A stretch of 62,735 bases of DNA, filler included, from Choristocarpus tenellus KU-1152 (lineage: Eukaryota; Protista; Phaeophyceae), in assembly GCA_964200185.2 (NCBI GenBank). It is 12 parts of 12 records of this genome, joined end to end, with 100 filler letters (N's around TTAATTAATTAA, not from the genome) between each part and the next. Parts side by side here need not be neighbours in the genome. Positions count along the whole stretch, not along the records: positions 23,934 to 27,506 come from CAXNAD020019177.1; positions 27,607 to 33,467 come from CAXNAD020009566.1; positions 33,568 to 45,396 come from CAXNAD020002116.1; 9 more parts are not named here. One strand, written 5' to 3'. The notes below the pieces were generated by a model. That model made no database searches. It saw only the letters and a list, made by a program, of their open reading frames with translations, and was not told the DNA's origin. A program made the position numbers and the translations under genes. Position 1 is the first letter of the stretch, and each line of letters opens with the position of its first letter. Below are positions 24,003 to 37,424 of the stretch, piece after piece.

Positions 24003-27000
24003 CGCACGCAGAGGACAGAAACAGGCAACAATCGTTTGCATGGGGAAATAAAAAAAAGGCAATTGGGACAAGAAGGAGCTGGGGGTTAGGGATTTCCTAT
24101 AGAGAGTAGAAGAGACACTTCCTGCTGCATAGCCTGATGTGTCTGTTCACACCACTACCTCCTCTACTGCTAGGCGATGATAACAGTAAGGTATCAATAT
24201 CATCCTACATTACTATTTACTCTCATAGTACTACAATAGTTTCAATTGCTTTTGATTCTCATCTATGGGAAGGCGTTGCACATCCCATTGCCCGGGAAAC
24301 TCCAGAAATTGCTCTATCTGGGGGACCCAGAAATTCCCTACACAAGCCTCTCCAGTTTGTCTTCTCCTTCAACACCCCCCCCCCACACACACACATTGCA
24401 TTGCGTTTGACTGTGCGATGTACATTAAACAGCAGCATTGCAGCAAAAAGATGGAAGCCTCACACTCAAAACAGTCTAGAAGTTGATACTTTCCTTGAGA
24501 TATAGTTTCTGGGATGGATGGACAGCCCAGGCCAAGTCAACTCAAGAAGACCAAGTTGCACAACAAAAAAGCAAAAAGCACATTGGTTGGCAAGGCACTG
24601 CCATCTACCACCCCAGCAAATGCCTGGTCATGTTCCAAAAAATCACAAGAATGGGCGCACTGGGCTGTACAGAAGAACTGCATCAGAATCCATGCCCAAG
24701 TCACACAGTCCATGCCCGCTGAACAGGCACTCAAACACATCACAGAAGACTTTCTGGCCCTGGCAGGATGTGCAGTCAATGACTACGCACTGCCTTCCTA
24801 TATGTCGATCTGCATATCACACCCGTTGTACCTCACTAAGCAGAGCAACTCAAAGGGTAAAAGCTGACCCTTCTCCCACGCACAGGGCACTTCAGCATGG
24901 CAAGGTTCCTCTTTTCCACCTCCACGGCTCTCACTCTTAGCTGCAGACGCGCCCTGTTCCTGGGGAAGACTACTGAGGAACAAGAATTCATTGATCGACA
25001 GCATCAGGGCATGGGATATCACTGGACATGTGAGTGCTCCCGAGTTCCTCCCTTGTGAGCAAGGAAAACGCAACACAGATGAGAGAACTGGCAGGGTGCT
25101 CCAGCTTCTTCCACTCCACTGGTCTCAAAACATGATAGGCACTTGTCTCAAAAAATACCCTATGTTGTGAAAAATGCCCTGTAGTGCCAGCGCTTGGTCT
25201 GCCAGGCCTCCTCGACACCAGGCAAGGACTGCCTGTGATGATTGTGGACCTCGATTGAATAGGCATTACAGAACTGCTTCTCCACCGTCCTTGGGCACTT
25301 CGCCTCCTCACAGCAGGTTCGGGTTCAAACAACCTCTGTGCGCCTGAGGTTACAGTCTTGCCTGTACTCACAAAAAAGCTTGGGCATACTTTACACGGTG
25401 CCTCTCTGTACAGAGTAGTAATGTCATTCCAGAGACCACCAGCAAAGACCAACACCACCACATTGTTCCCCATCCCCTTCAACTTGGGCTGTACTCCATC
25501 CTTCATCAGCGGTGCAGTCATCATGTTATTGGGGAAGCACATAGGTTAGATACTCCTTGGGGAGATACTCATGTATCTATTTCACTAAGCCTGTGAAATA
25601 GATGCCGTACATCACCCTCTGCATGACCGAAGACCGCATAAAAGAATATTCAGAATCTCCATCAGAGACGTTCAAGTAGATAAGCAAAAGTGCAGGCCCA
25701 GCTTTGAATCCGCTCCGAAAGGCTTTACTACCAGCCTCTGCAACTTTAGCCCTCACCACCTGCACGGAGTACACAACGCATGCCTGCCCCGCAAGCAACA
25801 ATTTGTCTGCCCTGACTCCCTTATGTTTCCTCTCAATCTTCACAACATGAGGCATCCCAGACTCCCTCACACTGCCATCCAGTCCACCTCTACTCGCCTT
25901 TATTGAGCCCCCACAGCTCAATCACCACCCTCACCTCTTAGCCATTTCCACTATCAGTCGACTGAAATGCTGATGGGACAGTCCTGAAGCAGAAGCAAAC
26001 GATGATTTAGCTAAAGTCAGTTTCCGTGTGTGTGTGTGTGTGTCCTCTTGATACACCTCCCTCTTCCCAATGAATCTGACTATGACCCATCCACACTCTC
26101 TACCAGCAGCATGGCTAATAGAGCATCCCCCGACAACACACCCCAGGTGTCACTGGCACAACCTCAACACCTGATCGGGGTCATTGTTACAAGAGAGCGT
26201 TTGTAACCTCCACCATGACCCTGATCTCGTCCTCAGGGGAAAGAAAGTTGAACCAATCAACCCTAACCCTAAGTTAAACCCCAGCGAACACCGCTAAAAC
26301 CACATCAAGTTTGTACAACACTTGTCTGCAGTTCATGAGTTCATACCAACCACCCACAACTTGTGTGTACCTCCAGAGTAGACTCCTCTTCTTGACCCCT
26401 TGGACAAGAATAAAATGAAACCGCATATTTTTAACCTCCTCAATGTGTATTGACCCAATATCCTGAGCCAGTTCTCCGGAGCAATCCTCTACATTTGCTG
26501 ACGTCCCCATCTAACACATCCTTGTTGGGATGCTCGTTCTCCCCCCATCCTCTGGATGTCCCCCCAACTCAACATCCCCATCGTCACTAACTCAAACTAT
26601 TCTCCTCTGTTCAAAACTCCTAACCTTCAAAGGGTACATCCGGCATCAGTCTCAATGCTACGTCCTTGTTGACACTCACACACCGCAGCTAAGGCCACAA
26701 TCCTCTCACTAGGGGTCTGATCATCACTACTCCATGCCAGGTCTTCGCCTTTCAGGTCATGATGACCTAGCGCGGAGTGAGTTTCACCCTGCATAACTCA
26801 ACAGCTAACCCGACATGTATCTCAGACATCACCACCTTTGTTGCCCGAGCTTGTTTCACAGGGGGCAGAGTTCGTGCCAGTGAGCTAAATACACAGGACA
26901 AGCTGTCTGATCGGGTCCATAAGGATTTACAACAGTGCCCATGATTCAAGTACATCAAAATTGCGTTGCCCAGTCCACAGAAAAAAAATTAAATTACTCA

Positions 27001-27649
27001 CCAAATAGGGATAGGAGACGAGAGAGGCAACAGAGCGGTGCATGGGAACTTGCTTGACACCCCAAAAGTGGAAGTTACGTAAAACAGCGATAATGAAACT
27101 GTAGAGTGCTCCCCAGAGAGGTTCACAAGGGTAAAGAGAGTCCATCAGTAACAGTGCTGCAGTTCTTCAGTGAATGCTTCAACCAGAGCTCAACTTTCCC
27201 CTCAGAACGACAATGTCCCATTAAAAAATATAGTAGTGGCAAAATGGGAACTAAATCGCAAGCAACCCAACGTGGGGTCTGCTCCACAAGTCTCAACAGA
27301 TGTGAATCCCTCTGCTTTACAGGACGTTCATTACACAGTGCAGTGTGGTACCTTGTAAGGGTATTCATCGGGAAATGTCATCTCCACCTTGTACACACCG
27401 CCTTCCCAAGATGTCTTTGCCTTGAAGCAGATAAGGGAGTCACCGGGAAGAGGGTGGAAGATGGGAGGGGGGGGTAAGGAAGAAGATGTTACCTTGGCTA
27501 TGAAGGNNNNNNNNNNNNNNNNNNNNNNNNNNNNNNNNNNNNNNNNNNNNTTAATTAATTAANNNNNNNNNNNNNNNNNNNNNNNNNNNNNNNNNNNNNN
27601 NNNNNNTCCATAAATAATTTACCGTAACTGTCCGATAGAGTTGGAAGAG

Positions 27650-29930
27650 TCTAATCGAACAGTACATTCACAGTTCTTCTCCTGTCCATCTTGCGTCCAT
27701 TTCCCAGCTGCAAGCTCTGCAAACAGTCGTACCTTTGGAAGTCATTAATCTCCAATGTGTGTACCTAACTCTGTTAATAGAATTCCCCATGTTTACACAG
27801 TGACGTCGATACTGTCCCCACTCGCAGTCTTCATGATGGCATCTTTGTTGTTAGCCAAACTAGAGTTGGCGCGTCCTGTTTGCGAAACTCAACACAGGGT
27901 ACGAGGGATTATTTTGCATTTTAGCAAAACATAACATGGCAAATCTGGTGGAGTGTTCATATCACAAAACCATTAACAGAACACCAAGTACTTCAGCCCG
28001 GAGCACTTTATGTTAGTATGAAGTGATACACCTGTGGCTCTGTCGTGAAGCTCTTAGATCTAAATCCAGGAACAACCACAGCCTTTTTGTATGTGTTGAC
28101 AGGTTTCGGCAGTGTGATACCAGCTTCGTCACTGATGGTGGCTTTGTGGTAAAAAAAATTATCAATCTGTCTGTGCTACTGGCCCAAGGCCTGAATCTGC
28201 TCAATGTCTGCAGCTTAGTTTGGAGGTCAAAGGTGCATGGTCTCCGTCTTCAAATCAGACATGGTCAGCCTGATTGACCTGGCCACCTTCATCATCTCTG
28301 GCCAGACCTCCTTTGGTCTTGAACCCAATGCTCACGTCGTCAGCATAAAGCCAAATATACCCACAGGCACTTTTATTATGTGTGAGGACGAAGTTCAGCA
28401 CAGGAAGAGGACAGTTGCAAAAGGAAGGTTTCTTTGAAAAAAAATGTGTTCAAACCATTTGGGTACTGCTTTGGACAGGATAGTTACAGAACATGGAACA
28501 ATCGAGAAAAATAAAAAAGGGAGAGATAACCCTAAATCCCTAAATCACGAAAAAAATCGATTAAAATATACCCCATTTTTTGGCATTTCGAGAAAACTCA
28601 AACCCTAACACCACAACGAAAAAATCCAAAAGAGATGGGAAGCAGCAAAATATTTATCGAATGTTGGCGAATTGTGGGGGATTGCAGGGAAAAAAAGAAG
28701 AAAAAATTGTATCTAAAAATGGAGATATTCTCTTTTCAAAAAAATCCTAACCCTAAAGAGACAATCCGATGAGGTCATTATCCGACCTCAAACTTACATG
28801 TTCACTCACCATTATCCACGCAGATGCATGGCTGCATTCCATAGTGGATTTGTGAATGACTGATTAAGATCATTTTCTCAGGAGTTCCATAGTTGGTAAG
28901 CGCAACCAACAGGAGATCGTAATAGAAAGAGCAACATCCTTCCTGCAGGTTAATAAACACGTGAGTAAATAGAGGCATCCATACGACATGATTTCCCTAG
29001 CCAAGTTCCTGAAAGAAATGTACGGTGTACACCACACCCAGTGTGGGATGTGGGGGTCACGTGGAAACCACAATGTTCTTTGTGGAGCACGTGTTCTGGT
29101 TCCAGGTAAGGTCTCAGTTGTCGTCCAACAACCTTGAAAAGCACATTGCAAGCGTGTGCCAATGATGTGCTACCACAATTAATCCGGTCCTTCTTCTTGC
29201 ACAGCACCTTCCTTGATCACTGCGATCCTTAAAAACTTGCCGTAAATCTTCCTGGTCCCACATAGCCAACACAATTTCGTATGGAAACTCGGTAGGAACT
29301 ATTTTTAACCTCGTCCCCATTTAGGGCAAGTTTCAGGATTTCAGCTAGAAGGTTGTCTCGACCCATCACCTTCCCGTATCCCATGCCCTGGATTCCATTA
29401 GCTAATTTCACGCATGTAGGTGTATCAACGAGTGCCATAAAATGGATTGTTGGTAGAGAACTTCAGGACTGTTTAGGTTGATTTGGTTGAGTTGTCATGA
29501 GGAGCAAAGTGCCACCTGTTCTGTTCGGCAAATGTGCTTGCTCTCCGAGTAGCTTGCCAGATTTGTTGTGGGCGTGTTGGGGAGCACCCTTTCCTGATCC
29601 TCTCTACCTCGAGCACCTACAGATGATGTTAGAAAGCAGCTTGATCCCCACCGTCAGTAAGGTCTCCCATCTTCCTGGTGTAGGCATTAGGAAGTCCTGT
29701 AACGAGGACGCTCTTGCCCATTTGAGCTATTTACTAGTCACATTCAATGCCTTCTTCAAGATGACGCTTTTGGGTTTGTGGGATATTGTTGCCATCCCTG
29801 TCCTTGCTCCTCCTGGGTCTCCAAGAGGCATGCTCGGGCTCGGTCCTTTTTTTGCACACCACCCTCCTGGCAACACGTTCCATGTGGGAGGTGGTAGTAC
29901 TTCTGAAGCAGCTTCTTGACAAAGATTTGT
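27650..29930 (-). mobile_element. Decayed non-LTR retrotransposon (RTE-like LINE) reverse transcriptase pseudogene
   Basis: Frameshifted fragments KVMGRDNLLAEILKLALN, KKKDRINCG..SLAHACNVLFKVVGRQLRPYLE…EHCGF, and C-terminal LPKVRLFAELAAGK…GQEK at ~27680-27740. An AT-rich segment interrupts it at ~28430-28790. Confidence 0.85.
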
Positions 29931-30004
29931 GCTTAGTACGAAGCTGTAATTTGTTGACATTTACATGCAGATATTTCAGCTGTATTCTTGACCGTCACCG
30001 CTTC

Positions 30005-30165
30005 AAATGTTTCGGAGTAGGTAAAATGTATACGTTATGAAAGGGTGTGTCCAAAACAAGGATATTGGCACCTCCTAACAAACACGATAGACAAAATTAT
30101 ATCAAAATCGCGAGACTGGATTTTGACCCCAAACAGACGCGGCTCTACCCTCTAAGATACTTTCA
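30005..30165 (-). mobile_element. MITE copy C (half copy, truncated at the internal palindrome)
   Basis: tttcggagtaggtaaaatgtatacgttatgaaa…ctctaccctctaagatacttt; only one TIR present. Confidence 0.85.
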
Positions 30166-31088
30166 GTTTCCTAAGACATCGTCTGTTGGGGCATATCCCA
30201 AAATTAAGGCAATTCTATTACTAGTCGACCAGCCTGTTATCTCTAACCAAGCCCTCATCTGGTAGTACTTTACTATATATAGCTGGTCTGTTTTAGGATT
30301 GATTTCATCGCAGTCAATCTTAATATTGAAATTACCTCTGTCGACAATTATAGACTGTAAAGATATAGTTGGTCTCCCATTTTGCTCTGATTTGTGTTCA
30401 GAATAATATAGCGCATAAACAAAAAATAGGTTTGATCTAGCGTCTATTTTTTCGTTTTGTTTGAGCTCAGTAATTCCGAATTGATTATTTCTACTCTATC
30501 AAATCAAGACAACCAATCAACTCCCACACTATCACAATATCCAACAATGGACCAGGAGGCCGTCCCACTGTCTGGCGTTGGTCGTCATACGTGATTTCTA
30601 TTCATGGGGAGTATCTCCCCAGTCCTGACCCCACCCTCAAACAAAGCACAATAACATAGAGGAGAACGGAAAAAATAAGAAGAAAAAACCCGCCCTCCCT
30701 CCCCTATCCCAAGAGATGCCCCCTTCCCCCTTCTTCTCTCTTTGTTGAGAGACAGGGAGAGTTGGCGGGAAAGGTGTACAAGAAAAACACCCCCCTAATA
30801 GTTGTTCACCGTGAACGAAACTGTTTTATCTCAGTATAAATTTCTTGCCTCCTCCTGTCCATCACCTCCAAGGGAATGGACCAACGTTAGTCCTGGAGTC
30901 TCACACATAAGTATCCAGCTACAAACCATTTATTGGATAGACTGCCTTCACGTATCTTGTCTTGCTTGCACATATTCATAATCTTTGAACTTTACACTTA
31001 TGGGTGACATATGCTGCTTCAGCGCTTCAGGACGGAGGAAGATATGGATCTTCCTTCCCTGAAAAATCTTTTAATACCACTTTATTTT

Positions 31089-31348
31089 GAGTCAAAAAAT
31101 CTTAGAGGGTAATGAGGTCGCGTCTGTTTGGGGGATCAAAATCCAATATTACGATTTGATGTAATTTTGACTATCGTGTTTGTTAAGAAATGTCAATATC
31201 CTTGTTCTGGACACATCTTTTCATAACATACACATTTTACCTACTCCGAAATTTCGGAGTAGGAAAATTACATTAAAAAAAACGTAGGAAGCCAAGTCCC
31301 AAACGGACAAACAGGGCAAAAGTCATACCCTCTAAGATACTTTTACTC
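31089..31348 (+). mobile_element. MITE copy D
   Basis: TIRs GAGTCAAAAAATCTTAGAGGGTA / TACCCTCTAAGATACTTTTACTC; flanks TTTT/TTTA. Confidence 0.9.
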
Positions 31349-32145
31349 TTTACAGCCTTTGATTACTATTCTACGTGACGACTCGGCATGATTACAGTGA
31401 TATGAACTGGACGACTGGTGCCTTGCTTGCACATTGTGTATCTCATTGTCACATTGGGTTTATTTTGTGTGGCAAATACAGGCGTAGAAGGCAGAATGAG
31501 AAAATAAAGTCTTACTTAAATATCAACTTAATCCATTCCAACCAGACTAGTGATATATTAGTTTGATTATCTCCTCTGGATGCTCAATTAATCTGTGGAG
31601 TGAAAAGCTGATAATACCATCAGGATCCACTACCAGCAGATCCAATTGACGTGGGGGCGTTTCATGGAGTACAGTAAAGAACTCATCAACTGAGCAATTA
31701 GTATATCACTTGAGCTGAAGGTAGGATGGGAACAACTCAATATTAGATAATCCCAACATAACATATACAGCCCTTTTAGGATTAAATGTAGCCTTTGATA
31801 TTTGAGCTGGTACTTGTTTTGTTTCGTTGTACTTGGTTGCTTGGATCTTTTATCTCTTTCACTATTTTTGCATTTTTGCATTTCCTTTTGTATCCATGTC
31901 CTTGTGAATTTCTGGACTTCATATTTTTTTGTTACCTTCTTTCATTTCTCCATTTTTCTACACTGTTGTTCATTGTTGTGTTCCGTAGTCTGCCTTTGTT
32001 AGATACTGTATATCTTATTTTTTTCTGCTCTCTTCATTTATTACCTCTCTGACCACTCGTCTAAGTGCATTGTGTTGTACTTCTTTCTCCCTTGCTGCCA
32101 GACAGTACCTGCCAATAGCATAATTGTATCAAGAGTTGAACTCAA

Positions 32146-32401
32146 GAGTCAAAGTATCCTAGAGGGTAGAGCCGCGTCCGTTTGGGGACGAAAATCCAAT
32201 GTTCCGATTTGATGTAATTTTGACTATCGTGTTTGTTAGGAAGTGTCAATATCCTTCTTCCGAACATACCTTTTCATAACGTGTACATTTTACCTACTCC
32301 TAAATGTTTCGGAGTAGGAAAATGTCATAAAAAAACGTGGGAAGCCAAGCCCCAAACGGACAAACAGGGTAAAACTCGTAACCTCTAAGATATTTTCTCT
32401 C
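32146..32401 (+). mobile_element. MITE copy E
   Basis: TIRs GAGTCAAAGTATCCTAGAGGGTA / TAACCTCTAAGATATTTTCTCTC; TCAA on both flanks (32142-32145, 32402-32405). Confidence 0.9.
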
Positions 32402-33022
32402 TCAATATGCACTAATCAATGGTCAATTAATCTGTCAGTTATCGATATTGTCTCACTCTAGTCTGGGAGTAGAAGCCAGTAGCTCGACCCCACCTAGTCC
32501 CGGCCCGTGGTCAGTGCTGACTACTTTCAATTTGTTACAGAGTGTGACAAACTGACTGTTGCATCGCGATTAAATACGCTACCCTGTGTGTGCCGTGATT
32601 TGCTCTTGCAAGCTGGGTTCAACCATTCCACATCTTATCGATTCACCCCCTCCTAAGAATCACGTACAGTAATGCTGACCGCAATAAAGTGTTGCCAGGA
32701 CAAATGAAATTTTCCGCGTTCTTTTTCGTCCTTAGTGACAGACTGGAGGGTTACCTTTCTGTCCAATAGTTGTGTTTGCTGTGGTCTGTTGAAACCAGAT
32801 TTCCTTGGAGAAGAAAATATGATGTTGACCAGGTTTGAAACCACGTACTCCTTCGACAGAAGCTGGTAACTATTTATTACCACAGGCCTACAAGGACACT
32901 ATGATAAGTAGGAGTTAGTACACATAGTCTCTGCATTCCTACTGTAATACCCTGCAAGAAATGAATTGAATATGGTGTTTACATTACTAAAAACATATTG
33001 TCCGAAACATTAAGAGATAGTG

Positions 33023-33094
33023 GTGCGTATGGTGCAGTGGTAGCATACCACATTTGGGTTGTGGTGGTCGAGGGTTCGAACCCCTCTATGCGCC
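33023..33094 (+). tRNA. trnP: tRNA-Pro(TGG)
   Basis: 72-nt cloverleaf: acceptor GTGCGTA/TATGCGC + C73, D arm GTGC-AGTGGTA-GCAT, anticodon arm CCACA-TTTGGGT-TGTGG, T arm GAGGG-TTCGAAC-CCCTC; TTTTT Pol III terminator 5 nt downstream. Confidence 0.88.
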
Positions 33095-33876
33095 TTAGTT
33101 TTTGGCGTTCATTCAAAATACTTTTTCAACCTCTTACGATCCGTCGTTGCAATTATAAGGTTCGAACCTAATCGACGTCAGGTTTTCTCCTAGGGAAACC
33201 TGACTGGAGGTGGAAAAGCTAGATTTGTGACTCCAGGCGAAAACTAAGATAGTGCTAGGAGTAGTAACGATCGTCAGACATCCCTTTAATTTTCTGGTCC
33301 ATCCATTTCGCCAATAAATTTTGGAGGATGGTTGGCCCAGAAGTTGATTACTTGATTTTATGCTCTCTGGGAGAGCACTACTTTCCTTAAACAGCCTCTC
33401 GGCAAAATTGAGGATGGAGCATACTATGGAGGATGGGTTTGACCCAAAATGGTGCGCGGAAAGTGTCNNNNNNNNNNNNNNNNNNNNNNNNNNNNNNNNN
33501 NNNNNNNNNNNTTAATTAATTAANNNNNNNNNNNNNNNNNNNNNNNNNNNNNNNNNNNNNNNNNNNNGATGGCGAAGGGGGGTATCAGCTCTCTCACACA
33601 CACCAACTCCTCTAACAGGAAGGACTGTTTCTTTGTTCGTTTCAATCTTAGGGTTAGGGTTAGTCAGGCCATCCAAACAGTTCTACTGCATAAGTGACAG
33701 CCAGGTCTACTAAATACCACCTACTTCACCAAAGTACATCAAAAGAATTAAGGGGGAGAGTAATTCACACAAAAGAGAACATGTCCACCAATAGAACAGC
33801 CTGTACATTGCTTTGAGCCAATGGGATGTCTTCAATCTACAAATCCCTCCTCTTGGATGCCCCTTACTGGTCGTAC

Positions 33877-36800
33877 CTGTGAAAGTCTCTGTGAAACCGT
33901 GATAATCTCCAGTGGGAAATTCAACACGTCGGTAACCAAAGTATGTATCATCATCTGATCGAAGGGCGCCCCAGGTTAGCCATGCAGACAATGAGACATT
34001 AATACAATGAACAATAGATTGCTCAGAAAATGGTTCAAATAAGCATATACATACATATATATATAAATGAATACAAATGCGTTACCACTATATAAATGGA
34101 ACAAGAGCGGGCACTCTTGAATATATCTTGTCACATAGAATTTAACACACCAAATGATAAGAGTTGGGGAAGGTGATGATGTTCATGGAAGAGCTTGAAA
34201 CAAGTACAAGGAAAACTAAGGAAGAGCTTGAAACAAGATGCACATTTTAAAAATGATGCAATTATATGAGACTATCCACTAAGGAGTGCTAATGCGGTGA
34301 GTGACATGAGCATGACTATCTAATCTATCCAGTATGATTCTTTAAAAAAGGGGATTTTTTTAAAATGCGAAACAAATGCAAAGCAATACAGAACATAAAT
34401 TAAAAAAAGAAGCCCACAGGGGCACCTGAAATAAAGGGTTAGGGCATACCTCAAACCAGCAGGGTCAACATCTCAGGAGCAGCAATGTGACTTTCCATGC
34501 TACATAGTATGTACTTTCTTCAAGGATCACTTTATCTCCTCTGACTTGGGCTTGGCCTTTTTTGGTCGTATTCTACATTTCCTCATACATAAACATACAT
34601 ACAAACACACATACGTAAGAGCAAGAAATAACTTAATGCAAAGAGGCAACACTTCTATCCACAACCTCCAAACGGTGTTTGTTACAATCAAAAATAAAAG
34701 TAAAAAAGTCCCGCAGGTAGACATGGCCTATCAGAAACACACGCTATCTGCAATCAACATTCAAGTCATGCTCAGTCAGGAGCTTTACAGGTTACCAGCA
34801 CCTGAACCTGAACCTGCGCCTGTGCCTGTCAGAGATATCCTGTCAAGATTCCCATCAAGATCCCATTAACTCCAACCCATTCTGCTGTCCATTCCATCAA
34901 CATTTGGTAAAAATGGAAAAGAAATTTCGCATTTTCAAAATCTTTGTCTCTTTGTAGAGTTTAAATTTCTGCAAAAAATCAAAAAGATTTCCCATTCGTT
35001 GAAACAGCCCAAACCCGTAACCCCTCCCCCCCAACATCTCCTCAAGATAGACTCACCAACCCAACCACTCATGCCTTCGTAGTAGTGATTTCTATCATAG
35101 TGTTGGTCCCGAACTTGATGACTTTCTGGCGGCTCCACCATCCAAAACGCCTGCACAACAACAAGTCAGCGAGGCATCCAAAAGAGGTACAACCAAAAGA
35201 GGTACATGACCATAGGATGATGTCACTAACACCTGTTACTTTCAAAAGTAGATGGAACTTGACAACGCTCTCCCTAAAAATTGAAGCAACAATAAGACGC
35301 ATGCACTACAACTGTGCATGAATGTTACCTCTTCCGTGAAAACTACATCTTGCCTGTGCCTCCACACTTCTGATATTTGAACAATGCATTCAATGGTTCT
35401 ACAAATAGGAGCACCTAGTTACATCAAGCTGTTTTACATTGAGGGCAAAACACCCCTTTTGAGGACGAGTCTCCTCCAACCCACAACCCGTGTCACCTTA
35501 GTTACAAAGTTTTTACCTTTGATACATAAACACTTTATTAATATACAAATACAATACAAATTATAATATTCAATATGATATACAATATAGTATACAATAT
35601 ACAGAGGTGTACAATGTGCAAGCGAAAGGAGAAAAAAATGAGGCAGGGCTGTGGATCAATCTTGTCATCACACTCACAAAATTCAATTGAGTTGAGGTTA
35701 GAATGATTCATAAACTGGCAGAGCTTGAAACTGGCCAATCCTGTATCTGGCATGCTTTCCAGACTAAGGATGGCATGATGAGCTACAAGAACAAGCTGAT
35801 TGCTAGCAAGAGAGCACCACCAAAAACAGTCCAGTATTCCACACTGGTACTGGTGCAAGGACTTTACATTGGTGAAGAACTGCAAAGAAAGTAGGGATCG
35901 AAACATAGAGGCTAGCTGACCCCTTTTATATACCCAATTCCGATTTAGTGGTGAATATTAAAGACAAGCATGGAAGGTGTAGAAACCCAATTCAAGAGTT
36001 AAAAGTAGAGGAACACCCTTTTTGAAAAGTCAGCTGTGGGAGGGGGCAGATGAGGGATTGGTTCGGTGGGATTACACACTGGACTTGGCTCACAACAGCA
36101 CCAAACAGCACACACATCATCGCCTAACATAATTTTTGCAGTCCTTATCAGTACAGCAGTTGGGTAGCCATTTCATGCAGTGCTATGAGACCTTTTTGTT
36201 ACAAGGATGATAACAACCAAGGAAAGATATGTGTACATCCTTACCAGTCCATCCCCAAAGAATCTCTCCCCTCTGCCTGAGATCCGGAACTCCAGGACGG
36301 CTGAGAACATGTCATCTCCGATTTCCCTGACCGACCACAGGGATCCTCTCTTACTCTGCAGAGGGGGTTGCAACAAATTATAAATATGATGCAACAAGGT
36401 AACACCACTTGCTAGAGTGCCATGCTGATAAAGCAGACAATTTGGACTGTAAAAGCATGCCTCATGATATACAGTAAGCCATCAAAAGTCTGGCAGTTGT
36501 GGGATTTATGTGCAATGCGGATGGTCGATATTGCCCAGGCCATATGTACAAGTTGAACCCTAAGAATCGCACGATGAAATTTGGGAGGCACAAGTACCCC
36601 ATTCATGCTCCATGTTTCTCTCACGTAGCAACAAATCAGTGTGAATGGGTAGTCAACAGATAAACGCGGCAATGACAGGAAGTGCATAATGACTTGATCA
36701 CTTGGGAACTAGACCTTGAAGTATCAAGGTGCAGCAACTTCGGTAAAACTTCAGTTGACCACTGATACAGTACTACAAACAAAACTTGACAACACCTTCT

Positions 36801-37424
36801 AACAGGGTCACGTCCAGGTGAAGCTCAGCCAAGAAGGTAAAACGAATCATCGATTATTACCTCTCTCCCCAATACTCAGTCCAGCAGCTGTCTGGGGTGG
36901 CCTCAATGAGGTGATATCTACCTTGCCAATGATAGTCGTACGTATGGAAGATATTGGTTTCTGAGGGGTTCGCGCAAATGTAGTATAGGCATGAACCTGA
37001 CCAGGTATCTATGCCGAGCACGTTCCACACATCTTGAACTACCCTCTTCAGTTGCTGGGGTCTTCAATGACCTCTCACCGACAGATTGGGCGTACTCATT
37101 GCCCATCGGCCTTGGTACTGCAATGGTGCCAATCAACGGAGGTGGAGAACGACAAAGACGATCTCAGAAGACCCTCGACAAGCCTGAGCATTTACCTAAA
37201 CTCACCTGCTTATCCGGTGTAAGTCTCAAGAAGTTCTTCATAACCTTGGTGCTTCCCCCTGAATCCCAGTCTGACCCTACAAATCTCTCGCCGAAGTGGT
37301 CAACCTCGTTAAACGGAGGTTTGAAGGAGAGATGTTGATGGATACGTGATGATGGCGCGGACGTCATTGCCAAATCGGCAGTGGCGAACACTATACCGGC
37401 AAGGGCAACGTGGTTGAGAACCAT
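33877..37424 (-). CDS. Legume-like (L-type) lectin, VIP36/ERGIC-53 family, exons 1-4; 3' part beyond the contig
   Basis: Exons 37424-37206, 36355-36245, 35150-35057 and 33954-33877, GT-AG and in phase. Signal-peptide-like start, HLSFKPPF, NFLRLTPDKQ-SKRGSLWS, LEFRISGRGERFFGDGL-AFW, GDYHGFTETFTG. Confidence 0.88.

Noticed and set aside
34613-34727. Possible extra hydrophobic exon in the lectin intron
   Set aside because: In the required phase it hits a stop, and exons 3 and 4 join in frame without it.
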